Shown: one piece after another, positions 30,833-40,623 of the stretch
Layout: each line of letters begins with the position of its first letter
Numbering within the stretch: position 1 is the first letter of the stretch
IMG/VR virus record: IMGVR_UViG_3300025120_010481
Location: 15,204-79,203 of that record
Direction: 5' to 3' (one strand)
Origin: a virus
DNA length: 64,000 bases
Notes under the pieces: model-generated
Database searches by the model: none
The model's input: only the letters and a program-made list of their open reading frames with translations
What the model was told of the DNA's origin: nothing
Translations under genes and position numbers: made by a program

Positions 30833-31157
30833 TCCATTTTATTTTTTCTTGAGGTGTCATGCTATTTATTTTATTATTTAGTTTAACCTTTTCTTTTTTT
30901 GCGTTTCTTTCCTCGATCTTGTCTTCCTTCATCTTGCTTTGAAGTTCATAAGTCCCCATGTTCTGGGTGTTTCTTTCAGCTAGATGTTTTACTGTTTCTG
31001 GCTCGCCTCTAACAGCTATATACGGTGCTGTAATAAAAACTTTTTTAAGTGTGGGCTTATTGCAGTGGGGACATTCTAGTATTGCGGGGTCGTTAATACC
31101 CTGCCTTATCTCCGTGTAAAAAGCACAAGGCTCACATTCAAAATCATAAAGTGGCAT
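30819..31157 (-). CDS. FmdB-family zinc-ribbon protein
   Basis: MPLYDFECEPC...CPHC. Confidence 0.85.
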   Translation of the reverse strand: MPLYDFECEPCAFYTEIRQGINDPAILECPHCNKPTLKKVFITAPYIAVRGEPETVKHLAERNTQNMGTYELQSKMKEDKIEERNAKKEKVKLNNKINSMTPQEKIKWIENG

Positions 31158-31219
31158 ATTTACTCCGTAGTTTAAAGTTTGGCAACAAGAGTTGTCACCT
31201 AATCAAATGTAGCTATTGT

Positions 31220-31248
31220 ATTATATATCAAAGACGTATGTTTAGCAC
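31220..31248 (-). promoter_or_regulatory. Putative sigma70-type promoter
   Basis: GTGCTA-N17-TATAAT upstream of the FmdB/recA/replication genes. Confidence 0.5.
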
Positions 31249-31264
31249 AATTAATTCAAATTTA

Positions 31265-31390
31265 TTATTCAGACAACCTTTTACGCAAATCTTTCTGTTT
31301 TTTAACAAACTCTATTCTAGCTAGAGCTTTGTCATTTAAGGGTTTTATTTTCGCAAAAAGCCTTTTGATCCATCTAATGAAGTTTAACAT
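31265..31390 (-). CDS. Small basic protein (41 aa)
   Basis: AGGAG RBS, then MLNFIRWIKRLF... Confidence 0.5.
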   Translation of the reverse strand: MLNFIRWIKRLFAKIKPLNDKALARIEFVKKQKDLRKRLSE

Positions 31391-31477
31391 AAAGCTCGCT
31401 CCTTTTATTGACCGTATCAACCCGATGAATAGGGGCGGCTTCCCACAAAACGCAAGAAGCCTACCCATTTATCGTCA

Positions 31478-32158
31478 CTAACCTCTTCCACCTGTCCTTG
31501 CCATAATTCTGCCAATGATAGGATTTCTAACAATATCGCAAGCCTCAAGCTCACAAATGCCTACGCCCTCTAAGTCTTCTAGTTCGTCCATCAATTGGTA
31601 AAACGCACCAGCTTCTCGACCTTTAAGGTCTGTTTGGTCTGGGTCTCCATTGATAACCGCAGTAGAGTGCATACCCAGTCGCGTAATAAACATAATGATC
31701 TGTTCGTAAGTAGCATTTTGTGCCTCGTCCAAAATTGTAAAGGAGTCATCGAACGTGCGTCCCCTCATAAATTCTAGTGGGCAAATCTCAATTGTTTTTG
31801 TTGCTCTCATAGAATTGTAAGTATCTAAACCTAAATACTTTTTCATTTCTTCTAGCACTGGAATCATGTAGGGGTGGACTTTTTCGTTTAGTCCTCCCGG
31901 AAGATGCCCCAGTCCTCTCCCCGCTTCAATTGCGGGTCTAGCAACAACCACGTTATTTATCTTGTTATTCAGCAACCAGTCACAAGCAAGCCCCACGGAG
32001 CAAGCTGTTTTGCCTGACCCTGCTGGCCCAGAGCAAAATGTAACATCACATTCTATCATTGACTCAATATAATCTGACTGGTTTTCGCTTTTGGGTTGTA
32101 GTTTTTTCCTTTGTGGTCTAATGTTTTGTTTACGTTGTTTATGTTTTCGTTTAGACAA
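31478..32158 (-). CDS. phoH: PhoH-family protein
   Basis: GPAGSGKT, RPAIE, LPG, FMRGRTF, LDEAQN, TRLG, GDPDQTD, DIVRNP. Confidence 0.95.
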   Translation of the reverse strand: MSKRKHKQRKQNIRPQRKKLQPKSENQSDYIESMIECDVTFCSGPAGSGKTACSVGLACDWLLNNKINNVVVARPAIEAGRGLGHLPGGLNEKVHPYMIPVLEEMKKYLGLDTYNSMRATKTIEICPLEFMRGRTFDDSFTILDEAQNATYEQIIMFITRLGMHSTAVINGDPDQTDLKGREAGAFYQLMDELEDLEGVGICELEACDIVRNPIIGRIMARTGGRG

Positions 32159-32170
32159 TTTCAGTCTCCG

Positions 32171-33409
32171 TTAAAATGGTGATGTTGGTTTATCAAAATC
32201 CCTCACTTGAGTATCCTTGACTGGCACGAAATCACTAGCATCATTTTGATAAGACAAAGTGTATTCTACCAAGCCTCCGTCTGTATCGCCTCCTGATTGC
32301 GATATTGCAGTCAGGTAGTTGCTTTTGCCCAAATCCCAAATAAAGTGTTGAGTACTTGGAGGTGATGGAAACTTTTTGGCGACAAGTCTAATTTCTCTAT
32401 CGACTTTATTCCAATCTGTGGCAACCCTTGTTCCGTCTCCCTCAGCTTGGGAAAATCTTATATCATTATTTAGTATCGAGAATGGATAAAGTTGTCGAGC
32501 GTTGCCTGTGAACGAGCACGTTACCTGAACAGGTAAAACAACGCTAGTCCATATATTTCTGTACTTTTTGTAAACAGTGTTTGAATCCCCGTCTTTGTAA
32601 TCAAAGTCGGAGTCATACAAATTCGAATAGTCAATAGTTGCTTGAATGTCTATAGATTGCAAACCTAGTATCCTTTGGTTTCTTTCAGCGGACTCTTGAC
32701 CTGCACTATTTTTTGCGTTAAACATTTGCTCGACTTCGTAGGGAAGTACAGAATCTCTAGAGGTATTCAGTAAGTCAAAGTCCTCCCTCTTTAGTATATT
32801 AGCACTTTGAGGTAGGTTAGCATCGTCAACAAAGTCTTCAAGCGAATAAGATGCGTTATATTCAAGTTCTTTAGATGTTAAAGTTATTGACTCGGTTACT
32901 CTGTCTGCTGATATTGAATAATTTATAGATGTTACCAAGCATTGTTTTAGAGTTGCAGCCAAAACCTTATCGGCATCACCCCCTGAGCCAGAACCTAAGT
33001 GCTTGAATTGGTCTGATCCTACCAATATTGTTATATCGTAATTTCTTAAAGATTTATCGTCACCGTCTGACGTTCCAGTCATTCCTATGTTGTGAGGTGC
33101 TAGAATGTGAGAAGATTCATACGTTAGATATTTCGTGTCAAGAACGTGATAAAAGAAGTTACTGCTTTGATCAATAACTCTGTCTATAGTGACAGAGAAA
33201 GATTGTGGGGAATAGTAGTGAAACTTTCTTTGAAATCTACCAATGTCAGGAAGTGACACAGACGGTAAGTCTCCATCTAGTCCAATATTTTGAACGCCCG
33301 TCAAAAACTCTCCATCGACTGGGGAGTCGCTGTCAAAGTTAATATTTCTACCTTTAAAGATAACGCCCATACAGGCGTAAAAAACTCTATTATTAATATC
33401 GTTAAACAT
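32171..33409 (-). CDS. Putative virion structural protein (tandem tail-tube-like domains)
   Basis: Two similar beta-rich halves (GVQNIGL/GLQSIDI; LVTSINYS/YLTAISQS); inference. Confidence 0.45.
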   Translation of the reverse strand: MFNDINNRVFYACMGVIFKGRNINFDSDSPVDGEFLTGVQNIGLDGDLPSVSLPDIGRFQRKFHYYSPQSFSVTIDRVIDQSSNFFYHVLDTKYLTYESSHILAPHNIGMTGTSDGDDKSLRNYDITILVGSDQFKHLGSGSGGDADKVLAATLKQCLVTSINYSISADRVTESITLTSKELEYNASYSLEDFVDDANLPQSANILKREDFDLLNTSRDSVLPYEVEQMFNAKNSAGQESAERNQRILGLQSIDIQATIDYSNLYDSDFDYKDGDSNTVYKKYRNIWTSVVLPVQVTCSFTGNARQLYPFSILNNDIRFSQAEGDGTRVATDWNKVDREIRLVAKKFPSPPSTQHFIWDLGKSNYLTAISQSGGDTDGGLVEYTLSYQNDASDFVPVKDTQVRDFDKPTSPF

Positions 33410-33413
33410 AATT

Positions 33414-33653
33414 CTATTTCTTAAATTTGAAGTGTATATCTTTAATGTGAATCGTGATAAATGTTTCATCTCCGATTTCTTTGACTGAGACATTTTTTAC
33501 AACACTGTTGATGATTTCAGTTACACCCTTAACAGCTTCCTCTGTGATACCGTAACGATTAAGAATGTCATCAACGAAGTTATCAACAAAACCCGTAGAT
33601 ACAGGCTCGTTTTTTGGTGTTTGCTTTTGACCACCTCTCCACCAATTATTCAT
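33414..33653 (-). CDS. Hypothetical protein
   Basis: 79 aa ORF. Confidence 0.55.
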   Translation of the reverse strand: MNNWWRGGQKQTPKNEPVSTGFVDNFVDDILNRYGITEEAVKGVTEIINSVVKNVSVKEIGDETFITIHIKDIHFKFKK

Positions 33654-34272
33654 TAATTTCTCCGTTTAATATGGCATCAATTAAATTGACTTTTTGTGCA
33701 AATTTTACAGGTTCTAGTACAGCTTCGCCCATTTTACTGAAAGAGAAATGAATTGTATTTTCTGTATCGCAAGGCAAAACTCGATTCCAAGGTCTGGCAA
33801 ACAGAAAGGACTTTCCTCCAGCTTTATGAAAATCCACGCAATTTTGAAACTTGTCGTCAATTAGAGCACAGTTTACGTTGGCGAACTTACTTTTTAACTT
33901 GCTGTCAGAAACGGTAATCAAAGAATCGCCAAGTTCAGGGAAATGTTTGTTAACCCACAACTGTTTACCCACTCGACAGTCTTCGGATACAGAATGAGAC
34001 AAAAACATAATTCTTTCAACATTTAAAAAATCAAAACCTTCGGTTAAACGCTCGATTAAATCAAAAGCCCAAGACGTTGGGGTCAAGTTACTCCAGAAAC
34101 TTATAGGTAATGAAGTAATAGACCTATAGAAGTCTTTTCTGTCTAGCCCATAATCTTCTCCAAAGTTCCACTTCGTTACCGTCTTTCTGTCTTGAATGGA
34201 ATAATGATCCATCCAGCCTTCGATAAAGTTAACCAAAACTCCATCCAAGTCTACGTAAAGTATTTTTTCCAC
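33646..34272 (-). CDS. 5'(3')-deoxyribonucleotidase (HAD, NT5C-like)
   Basis: YVDLDGVLVNF, GKQLWV, LIDD, RPWN. Confidence 0.85.
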   Translation of the reverse strand: MEKILYVDLDGVLVNFIEGWMDHYSIQDRKTVTKWNFGEDYGLDRKDFYRSITSLPISFWSNLTPTSWAFDLIERLTEGFDFLNVERIMFLSHSVSEDCRVGKQLWVNKHFPELGDSLITVSDSKLKSKFANVNCALIDDKFQNCVDFHKAGGKSFLFARPWNRVLPCDTENTIHFSFSKMGEAVLEPVKFAQKVNLIDAILNGEINE

Positions 34273-34281
34273 GGCTGTCCT

Positions 34282-35127
34282 TTACTTGTAAGTATTAATA
34301 TATCCGTAAGTGCCAGTCCAATAATTGTTAATTAAATGCCATTCTGTCGCAGCCAACCCTAGTGGAATTTTTTGTTCTATTATTTCATAAAGGTTGTCTA
34401 ATACTTCAGATTGTTTCTCTGCTCTATCTCCGAGGTCTGTTAAAGAGTCTCTCTCGACAATTAACCTATCTCTAACTTCATGTAAAGCATGGTGTTCTGC
34501 TTCTAATTCTCTAAATTTATCTCCAGCTAATTTAAGTGTGGCAGGAATAAACAGAACGTCAGGTTTACCGTCACGAGGTTTTCGTTGACCTGTAGAGTTA
34601 TTCATTCTATCTTTGTGTTTGCCAAACCTTTTCTGTAAATTATACACATCTGTTTTATTAAAGTACTTAGGTATGTCATAAGCGTGCATTATACTTCCGG
34701 GCACTAAGCTATGCTTCCACCTAAACATATGTAGTGTTTCGTGCTGTGTAACACTTTGCACAAATCTGTTACCCCGCTCCGTGTTTAACCCTATTTTTCT
34801 AGTACTATTTAACAGTATGTATCTTTTACTGGCGTAAGCCAAGCCTAAAGCCCCATACTCCATTTCGCTTTGTGGGCGAAAATAATAACGGATTTTAGCT
34901 TTTCTGGAGTCGCTAACCTTGATAAACTCAATGTCACAAATTGCTTCCATTTCATCAAGAGCTTCATCAATTCTTCTATGAGTTTCCTGTGAAGATATTT
35001 CAGCCATATGACCGTTTGGCTCCAGCCAGTATTTTACCTTTTGAGCCTGTAAATTACAAGTAAACAATGAACAAAAAGCGAAAAAAAGTAAGAATCTAAA
35101 CACGTCAGACCTCGAATAAATAGGCAA
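34282..35127 (-). CDS. Secreted matrixin/M10-like zinc metalloprotease
   Basis: Signal peptide, LGLAY, HETLHMFRWKHS (HExxHxxxxxH) and Met-turn SIM. Confidence 0.8.
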   Translation of the reverse strand: MPIYSRSDVFRFLLFFAFCSLFTCNLQAQKVKYWLEPNGHMAEISSQETHRRIDEALDEMEAICDIEFIKVSDSRKAKIRYYFRPQSEMEYGALGLAYASKRYILLNSTRKIGLNTERGNRFVQSVTQHETLHMFRWKHSLVPGSIMHAYDIPKYFNKTDVYNLQKRFGKHKDRMNNSTGQRKPRDGKPDVLFIPATLKLAGDKFRELEAEHHALHEVRDRLIVERDSLTDLGDRAEKQSEVLDNLYEIIEQKIPLGLAATEWHLINNYWTGTYGYINTYK

Positions 35128-35163
35128 ATTAAATCCTAATGTTTATCCTTCCTGAAACAATTC

Positions 35164-36234
35164 TTATAGTATTCCACCAAAATCCATATCTTCCATATCA
35201 TTTTTACTGGCTCCAATTTTATAACTGGTGATTTCATGCTCTTGCGGGGCTACTTGAACGCTTTCGCTGCTCATCCATGCTTGAGTCCATCCAGCTATTG
35301 GGTTTTTGCCAACATTCTCATAAGGTAATCCTATTGCTTTCCTTCTACTCATACACAACCATTCAATGTATTGATGCAATACTTGCTCATTTAAACCTAT
35401 AATTGAGCCATTTTTAAATAGATAAGTTGCCCACTCTTTTTCTTCTTTGGCTGCACTTTCAAACATTTTAATTGCATTTTCTTGACATTGCTCGGCGGTT
35501 TTGACGAAACCCTCTGATTCCTCGGAGTGCAATATCTTCAGTATTTCTTGTGTGTTTGTAAGATGTAGGGCTTCATCTCTCTTGATTAGCTTGATAATAT
35601 CCGCATTGCCTACCATCTTTTTGTTTTCGGCAAACGCAAAAGAGCAGATAAAACTAACGTAAAATCTAATAGCTTCTAGTATATTGATACTTACAATAGT
35701 CATATATATCTGCTTCTTAACGTCAGCTACCTTATTGCTACCAGAGGCCATACCCATTAGATTATTGTAATCTTCTATGGCTGTATTGGCTCTTTTCATA
35801 ATTTCTTTATCTTCGTAGATACCGCCAAACACCTCGCTGCTGTCAGCATATACGTTTTGGATAATATAGCTATAGCTTTCACTGTGGATTTGCTCGAAAA
35901 ACATCCATGTAATCAGACATGCTTCAAGCTCGGAATTGGTAACGTAGTCCAAAAGGGTGGGAACCCCACGACAAATTACACTATCAAGCATAGTTTGGTA
36001 CTTCAGGTTTGAAGTAAAAATGAACTTTTCGTTGTCTGTCAACGTGGCAAAATCAGCCCTGTCTTTTTTCAATTCGATTTCTTCGGGAGACCAGAAGTTT
36101 TCTTTTTGTTTTTTTGTCAACTTTTTGAAGACGGGATACTTGAGAATGTCGTACCTTTGCACTCCAAGGTCTTTACCAAGAAATAATGGTTGGCTCATAG
36201 GGTCTACGTTTTTTGTATTAAATATTGTTTTCAT
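35164..36234 (-). CDS. nrdB: Ribonucleotide reductase class Ia beta subunit
   Basis: FWSPEE, MLDS, EQIHSESY, ILEAIRFYVSF, RDEALH, QVAPQE.EITSY. Confidence 0.96.
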   Translation of the reverse strand: MKTIFNTKNVDPMSQPLFLGKDLGVQRYDILKYPVFKKLTKKQKENFWSPEEIELKKDRADFATLTDNEKFIFTSNLKYQTMLDSVICRGVPTLLDYVTNSELEACLITWMFFEQIHSESYSYIIQNVYADSSEVFGGIYEDKEIMKRANTAIEDYNNLMGMASGSNKVADVKKQIYMTIVSINILEAIRFYVSFICSFAFAENKKMVGNADIIKLIKRDEALHLTNTQEILKILHSEESEGFVKTAEQCQENAIKMFESAAKEEKEWATYLFKNGSIIGLNEQVLHQYIEWLCMSRRKAIGLPYENVGKNPIAGWTQAWMSSESVQVAPQEHEITSYKIGASKNDMEDMDFGGIL

Positions 36235-36344
36235 TTTTCTTTCTCTTTTTCTTTCTCTCTACACTCTGGGCATTTGATTGATTTTGAACTCTCGTACTCA
36301 TCCGTTACCTTGCCGCAGTCTGGACAGTGCCACCAAGTAACCAT
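36231..36344 (-). CDS. Small zinc-ribbon protein (37 aa)
   Basis: Manual translation MVTWWHCPDCGKV...IKCPECREKEKREEK*; ATGA overlap with nrdB. Confidence 0.65.
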   Translation of the reverse strand: MVTWWHCPDCGKVTDEYESSKSIKCPECREKEKEKEK

Positions 36345-36506
36345 CTAAGAGTCCTCTCTTTGCATTTTTTCTAGCTTAACTTCCTCGCCCGTTAGCACAT
36401 TACGCAGGCTACTTTCCTGTGGGCTATTGACCCCACAGACTCGCAAGACTTTTCTGTGCATCTTCTTCAAAATCTCTACATAATCTTGCTGTTGTTTGAT
36501 ATTCAT
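36345..36506 (-). CDS. Small hypothetical protein (53 aa)
   Basis: Manual translation MNIKQQQDYVEIL...; ATGA overlap with the nrdA stop. Confidence 0.55.
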   Translation of the reverse strand: MNIKQQQDYVEILKKMHRKVLRVCGVNSPQESSLRNVLTGEEVKLEKMQREDS

Positions 36507-38758
36507 ATCGCACACGCTCCTGACTCGCAGCCCATATCTTTTTCTTCTGCCCCGTCACCATCTGGGGTATTACAGTAGTAAAAATTCTTTAGTCCATACT
36601 TGTAACCGTAAATCTGATCTTTAATCAACAAACTTAACGGAATATTTCCATCTTCATAATGATCGTAGTTATAGTAAAGATTTGTGCTCATACTCATATC
36701 CACAAACTTTTGAATAACGGCGGCGGTATCTAAAACCGCCTTATTGTCTTTCATGTCCCAAGCTAAAGTGTAAAAGTTCTTTCTATTATAATAGTTTGGA
36801 ACCAACTGTTTTAGCACTCCATTTTTAGCTTTTTTGTAAATCAATAAACTTCTAACTGGCTCTTGACCGTTTGTCGAGTTTTGAATAACGCTAGAGGACT
36901 CACATGGCATTATAGCAGATAGGGTAGAGTTCCTCAACCCAAATTCTTTAACTCTGCCTCTTAATTCTTCCCAATCCATTTTGTGATTTGGTTTCACTAT
37001 TTCGTCTACGCTTTTTTTGTACCAGTCGATAGGCAGCAAGCCTTGAGCGTATTTAGTGTCTTCAAATCGACTACACTGACCTTTTTCTTCTGCCAATCTA
37101 CAACTAGCGTCTATCAAGTACCATTGAATTTTTTCCATAGTTTCATGCACTAAACTCAATGCGTCTTCTTCTCCGTAGAACATTTTATTCTTCGCTAGAA
37201 ATCCAGCCAAGTTTGTGATCCCAACACCCAAAGACCTTCTGTTTACAGTAAAGTTTTCTCCAGCCGCAACTGGATAATCTTGGTAATCAATGATTGAATC
37301 TAAAGATCGAACCGCAACGTCACACGCGGTTTTAAAGTCTTTATCGCCTGTCAACTCAAGTAAGTTTAAAGCCGACAAAATACATATACCTATCTCCCCC
37401 TCAGCGTCATCCACTGATGTGATTGGTTTTGTTGGATGTATAATTTCTTGACATAGATTACTCATGTAGCAAGGTATACTCCACGATCCATGTTCATTAG
37501 CAGAGTCGATGTTCATAGAGTATATTCGGCCAGTTTCTAGTCTTTCTTTAGCGAAAGAAGATGCCAATTTACTTGCTTGAATTTTCTTCTTGAATTTTAT
37601 AGACCTAGAGTTTTCGTATTTCAAATAAAGTTTCTCAAACTCTTCATTATTCCCGAAAGCCTCATAAAGACCTTCTGTTTCGTGGGGTGAAAACAAAGTG
37701 ATACTTTCATTCTTAATGAGTCTATCGTAAAACAATTTACAAAATTGAATACTGTAATCTAGCTTACGAACGCGATTGTCGTCCGTTCCAGCGTTGTTCT
37801 TTAGTACCAGCACATCTTCAATCTCGTAATGCCAAAAGGGTACGTGAACCGTGGCACTGCCGCCCCTAATGCCATTCTGAGAGGTTGATTTTACAGCAGA
37901 CTCAAAGTTCTTGAGATAAGGAATAAGCCCTGTGTGGATCACCTCTCCCCCTCTAATGGGAGAATTCAAAGGTCTTACCCTTCCTATGTTTAAGCCTATA
38001 CCCGCCCTACGTGCCGTATAACGCCCCACAGCATGTACGCTGCTAAAAATAGAGTCCAAAGTGTCATCAACGTCAACCAGAACGCAAGAAGCAAACTGCC
38101 GTATGCTAGTTCTAACACCAGCCATAACGGGCGTAGGGAGATTAATTTTAAAAGTTGAGTAAACATCGTAAGCATTTTTTACATCCTCCACATTATCAAA
38201 CAAACACATAGCAATGCACATATAGGCAAATTGTGGCGTTTCGTAAATTTTGCCCGTACTTCTATTTTTAACAAGGTACTTGTCAACCATTTGTTGCAAC
38301 CCAGCGTAGGTGAATTGGTCGTCACGAGAGTGGTCGATATACTTCTCTAGTTCTTCAACCTCTGATTTCGACCAAGCGTCTTCGGCAGAAGAGTCATTTT
38401 TACTCGGATTTAACTTTTTGTCGTAAACACCATTGTCTACGTTGTTCTGTAAAAAAGTAACAAAGTGAGGAGGGTTTTGTCCAGAACCCCAAACCTCTTT
38501 ACGTAGCTGCATGTTCAAAAGTCTAGCAGCAACATATTGATAGTTAGGAGCGGATGTTGAAATTAGATCGTTGGCTGATTTTATTAGAACTTTATGAATC
38601 TCAGAAGTTTTAATCTTGTCATAAATTGATAAATTTGCGTTCATCTCGATGTCAGAAAAAGAAACACCCTTAATATCGTTCGTTGCCCACTCTACCACTT
38701 TATGGATTTTTTCAACGGAAAAGTCCTCGAATGTTCCGTCAACCTTTGTTACTTTCAT
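36503..38758 (-). CDS. nrdA: Ribonucleotide reductase class Ia alpha subunit with ATP cone
   Basis: ATP cone, PTPVMAG.R, SCVLV, SNLCQEI, ICILS, NFYY, C-terminal CESGACAI. Confidence 0.97.
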   Translation of the reverse strand: MKVTKVDGTFEDFSVEKIHKVVEWATNDIKGVSFSDIEMNANLSIYDKIKTSEIHKVLIKSANDLISTSAPNYQYVAARLLNMQLRKEVWGSGQNPPHFVTFLQNNVDNGVYDKKLNPSKNDSSAEDAWSKSEVEELEKYIDHSRDDQFTYAGLQQMVDKYLVKNRSTGKIYETPQFAYMCIAMCLFDNVEDVKNAYDVYSTFKINLPTPVMAGVRTSIRQFASCVLVDVDDTLDSIFSSVHAVGRYTARRAGIGLNIGRVRPLNSPIRGGEVIHTGLIPYLKNFESAVKSTSQNGIRGGSATVHVPFWHYEIEDVLVLKNNAGTDDNRVRKLDYSIQFCKLFYDRLIKNESITLFSPHETEGLYEAFGNNEEFEKLYLKYENSRSIKFKKKIQASKLASSFAKERLETGRIYSMNIDSANEHGSWSIPCYMSNLCQEIIHPTKPITSVDDAEGEIGICILSALNLLELTGDKDFKTACDVAVRSLDSIIDYQDYPVAAGENFTVNRRSLGVGITNLAGFLAKNKMFYGEEDALSLVHETMEKIQWYLIDASCRLAEEKGQCSRFEDTKYAQGLLPIDWYKKSVDEIVKPNHKMDWEELRGRVKEFGLRNSTLSAIMPCESSSVIQNSTNGQEPVRSLLIYKKAKNGVLKQLVPNYYNRKNFYTLAWDMKDNKAVLDTAAVIQKFVDMSMSTNLYYNYDHYEDGNIPLSLLIKDQIYGYKYGLKNFYYCNTPDGDGAEEKDMGCESGACAI

Positions 38759-38800
38759 TCTTCATCCCTTATAAGTTTATGTTAATATCTATGTATAGTT

Positions 38801-38829
38801 ATTATAACTGTTATACCCCAAAAAGGCAA
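38801..38829 (-). promoter_or_regulatory. Sigma70-type promoter for nrdAB
   Basis: TTGCCT-N17-TATAAT. Confidence 0.65.
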
Positions 38830-38848
38830 GCTCAATCTGTAAATGTGT

Positions 38849-38880
38849 AAAAAAAAGACCCGTTTTTAAAAACAGGTCTC
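38849..38880 (-). terminator. Rho-independent terminator
   Basis: GAGACCUGUUUU..AAAACGGGUCUU stem followed by U-tract. Confidence 0.65.
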
Positions 38881-38917
38881 TTTCGGCCCGCAATAGCAAG
38901 CCACAGGCAATGCCTGA

Positions 38918-39238
38918 TTATTTGTTTTCCATAGAGCTAATTAAAGTCCCTATTTTGTCTTCAACCCTTCTCGTGTTCGAATTAAGCTCCGAAAAGTGAA
39001 GTTTAAAATCTACAATGTTACTATCTATTCTGTCGATTTTTTCTTCAACTTCGCCAACCGTCTTCTCAAGAGAAGTCATCCTATTATTTAAAGAATCGTT
39101 CACTTTCTGCTCCAGTATTATTATCTGTTTACCTTGCTGTATTAAATTGAAAACAACCCAACTAAACAATGGTATTGCAAACATGCCGACCAATCGGGCG
39201 ATTGATTCTATAAATTCCCATGTCTCATTCATTACCAT
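38918..39238 (-). CDS. Membrane protein (one TM + coiled coil), holin/hemolysin-like
   Basis: N-terminal TM segment, heptad repeats. Confidence 0.5.
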   Translation of the reverse strand: MVMNETWEFIESIARLVGMFAIPLFSWVVFNLIQQGKQIIILEQKVNDSLNNRMTSLEKTVGEVEEKIDRIDSNIVDFKLHFSELNSNTRRVEDKIGTLISSMENK

Positions 39239-39250
39239 TTCTCCACATTA

Positions 39251-39282
39251 GAAAAGAAACTCGCCCGCAAATGCAGGCGAGT
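39251..39282 (-). terminator. Rho-independent terminator
   Basis: ACUCGCC/GGCGAGU stem followed by UUCUUUU. Confidence 0.75.
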
Positions 39283-39297
39283 AAGTGAGGATGAGGA

Positions 39298-39966
39298 TTA
39301 CATTCCAGTGATAGGTTTGTAGTTGAAGAAGTTTCCACCAGTTGCTATTGATAGATCAACAAAGTCAACCAACATTACCAACTTACCCGGAATTGCTCTA
39401 GTTGGATTAGCTGCAACGTCAGACCTTCTGACCGCACTATCCGCATTAGGATTCCAAGGAAGGAGACCAGTTTTGGTGCCCGGTTTTTCGACTGCTGTAC
39501 CAGCGTTATTCAACCAGATCAATCTAGACTTAGTTGGGTTTCCATTTCTAAAGAAACCAGTTAAAGTGTAATGATTTTCTCTGAGTCTTGTCTGTACCTT
39601 AGCACCAAAGTCGTTCATAAACTGATGGATAGCATCTAGCTGACCACCTTGACCAGTGATAAGCATCTTGTTCGTGTCTACGCCAGATAAAGAAGTGGCT
39701 GAAGCCATAACAACATACTTTCCTGCTGCTTGGAACGCGAAAGTACCGCCAGCCAAAGCCTTTGCGTTACCAACTGATCCATTATTTAGTTCTTTAGGTA
39801 GATTGCCGGAAGCGGAATCTTTAGCATTGTCTTGCAAGCCTAAAGCCTTAGTGATAACCGAACCTGTGGTTTGGTTGCCGAGAAGTGTACCACCTTCATT
39901 AGCCTTAACAAAGACTCCACCAGTGGTATTTCTTAGATAAGCCGAAGCTGAACTAGGAACTGCCAT
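39298..39966 (-). CDS. Hypothetical, probable abundant virion protein
   Basis: Gly/Ala/Thr-rich; has its own TGTGTATA motif upstream and a terminator downstream. Confidence 0.5.
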   Translation of the reverse strand: MAVPSSASAYLRNTTGGVFVKANEGGTLLGNQTTGSVITKALGLQDNAKDSASGNLPKELNNGSVGNAKALAGGTFAFQAAGKYVVMASATSLSGVDTNKMLITGQGGQLDAIHQFMNDFGAKVQTRLRENHYTLTGFFRNGNPTKSRLIWLNNAGTAVEKPGTKTGLLPWNPNADSAVRRSDVAANPTRAIPGKLVMLVDFVDLSIATGGNFFNYKPITGM

Positions 39967-40034
39967 AATATATACTCCTACAAAATAAAACAAATTTCCA
40001 ATTCATCCAAAAACGCAATCCAAGTCCAACCCTA

Positions 40035-40042
40035 TATACACA
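40035..40042 (-). promoter_or_regulatory. TGTGTATA motif (putative phage-sigma promoter); also at 46418-46425(-), 50522-50529(-), 52127-52134(+), 54579-54586(-), 57389-57396(-)
   Basis: Six copies, each oriented toward and upstream of a gene or RNA start, mostly preceded by an A-tract. Confidence 0.55.
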
Positions 40043-40053
40043 AAAGTTTTTAA

Positions 40054-40623
40054 TTATTGCAACTTTCTACAAAATTTAATAGCTGAATTAATTCTTCTTC
40101 TAGCCGTTTCCCTGCTGTAGCCGTTAGCTTCGCCAATTTCTTGCATTGTCATATTGTAAAGGTATTTTTGCTCCAGTATAAACCTTACATCTGAAGGTAA
40201 GTCCATGATGAAGTCTTTAGCCATTCTTGGGGACTCACTTGAGGTTAAATAACGACCATTGACTGATTCTGTTTTTTTTCCTGCTCCCTGACTAAACTTA
40301 CCTTCGCTAGTATCAAAACTTCCCATCGACCTAAATTTATCCCTTTGCCGCTTTCTTAGCTCAATCTTTAAACCGTAAATTACCTGATTAAACAAGTATG
40401 ACGTAAATTTAGTGTTTGGAAATTTCTCGCTGTCAAATTTTCTTATAGCGTTCCACAACCACTGTAGCTTTACAGACTCCAACTCATCCTTCGTAAAGCT
40501 ATTCCTGTAAGAAGAAGATGCCTTAGTCATAAGGCTTTGAATACTACTGTCCCGATAATAAGACTCAAAATCATCCCCGTACATTTCAAAAAAACAAGTT
40601 CCAACTCTATTCTTTTCAACCAT
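40054..40623 (-). CDS. RNA polymerase sigma-70-family factor
   Basis: Region 2 LWNAIRKFD..KFTSYL; region 4 MTMQEIGEANGYSRETARRRINSA. Confidence 0.88.
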   Translation of the reverse strand: MVEKNRVGTCFFEMYGDDFESYYRDSSIQSLMTKASSSYRNSFTKDELESVKLQWLWNAIRKFDSEKFPNTKFTSYLFNQVIYGLKIELRKRQRDKFRSMGSFDTSEGKFSQGAGKKTESVNGRYLTSSESPRMAKDFIMDLPSDVRFILEQKYLYNMTMQEIGEANGYSRETARRRINSAIKFCRKLQ

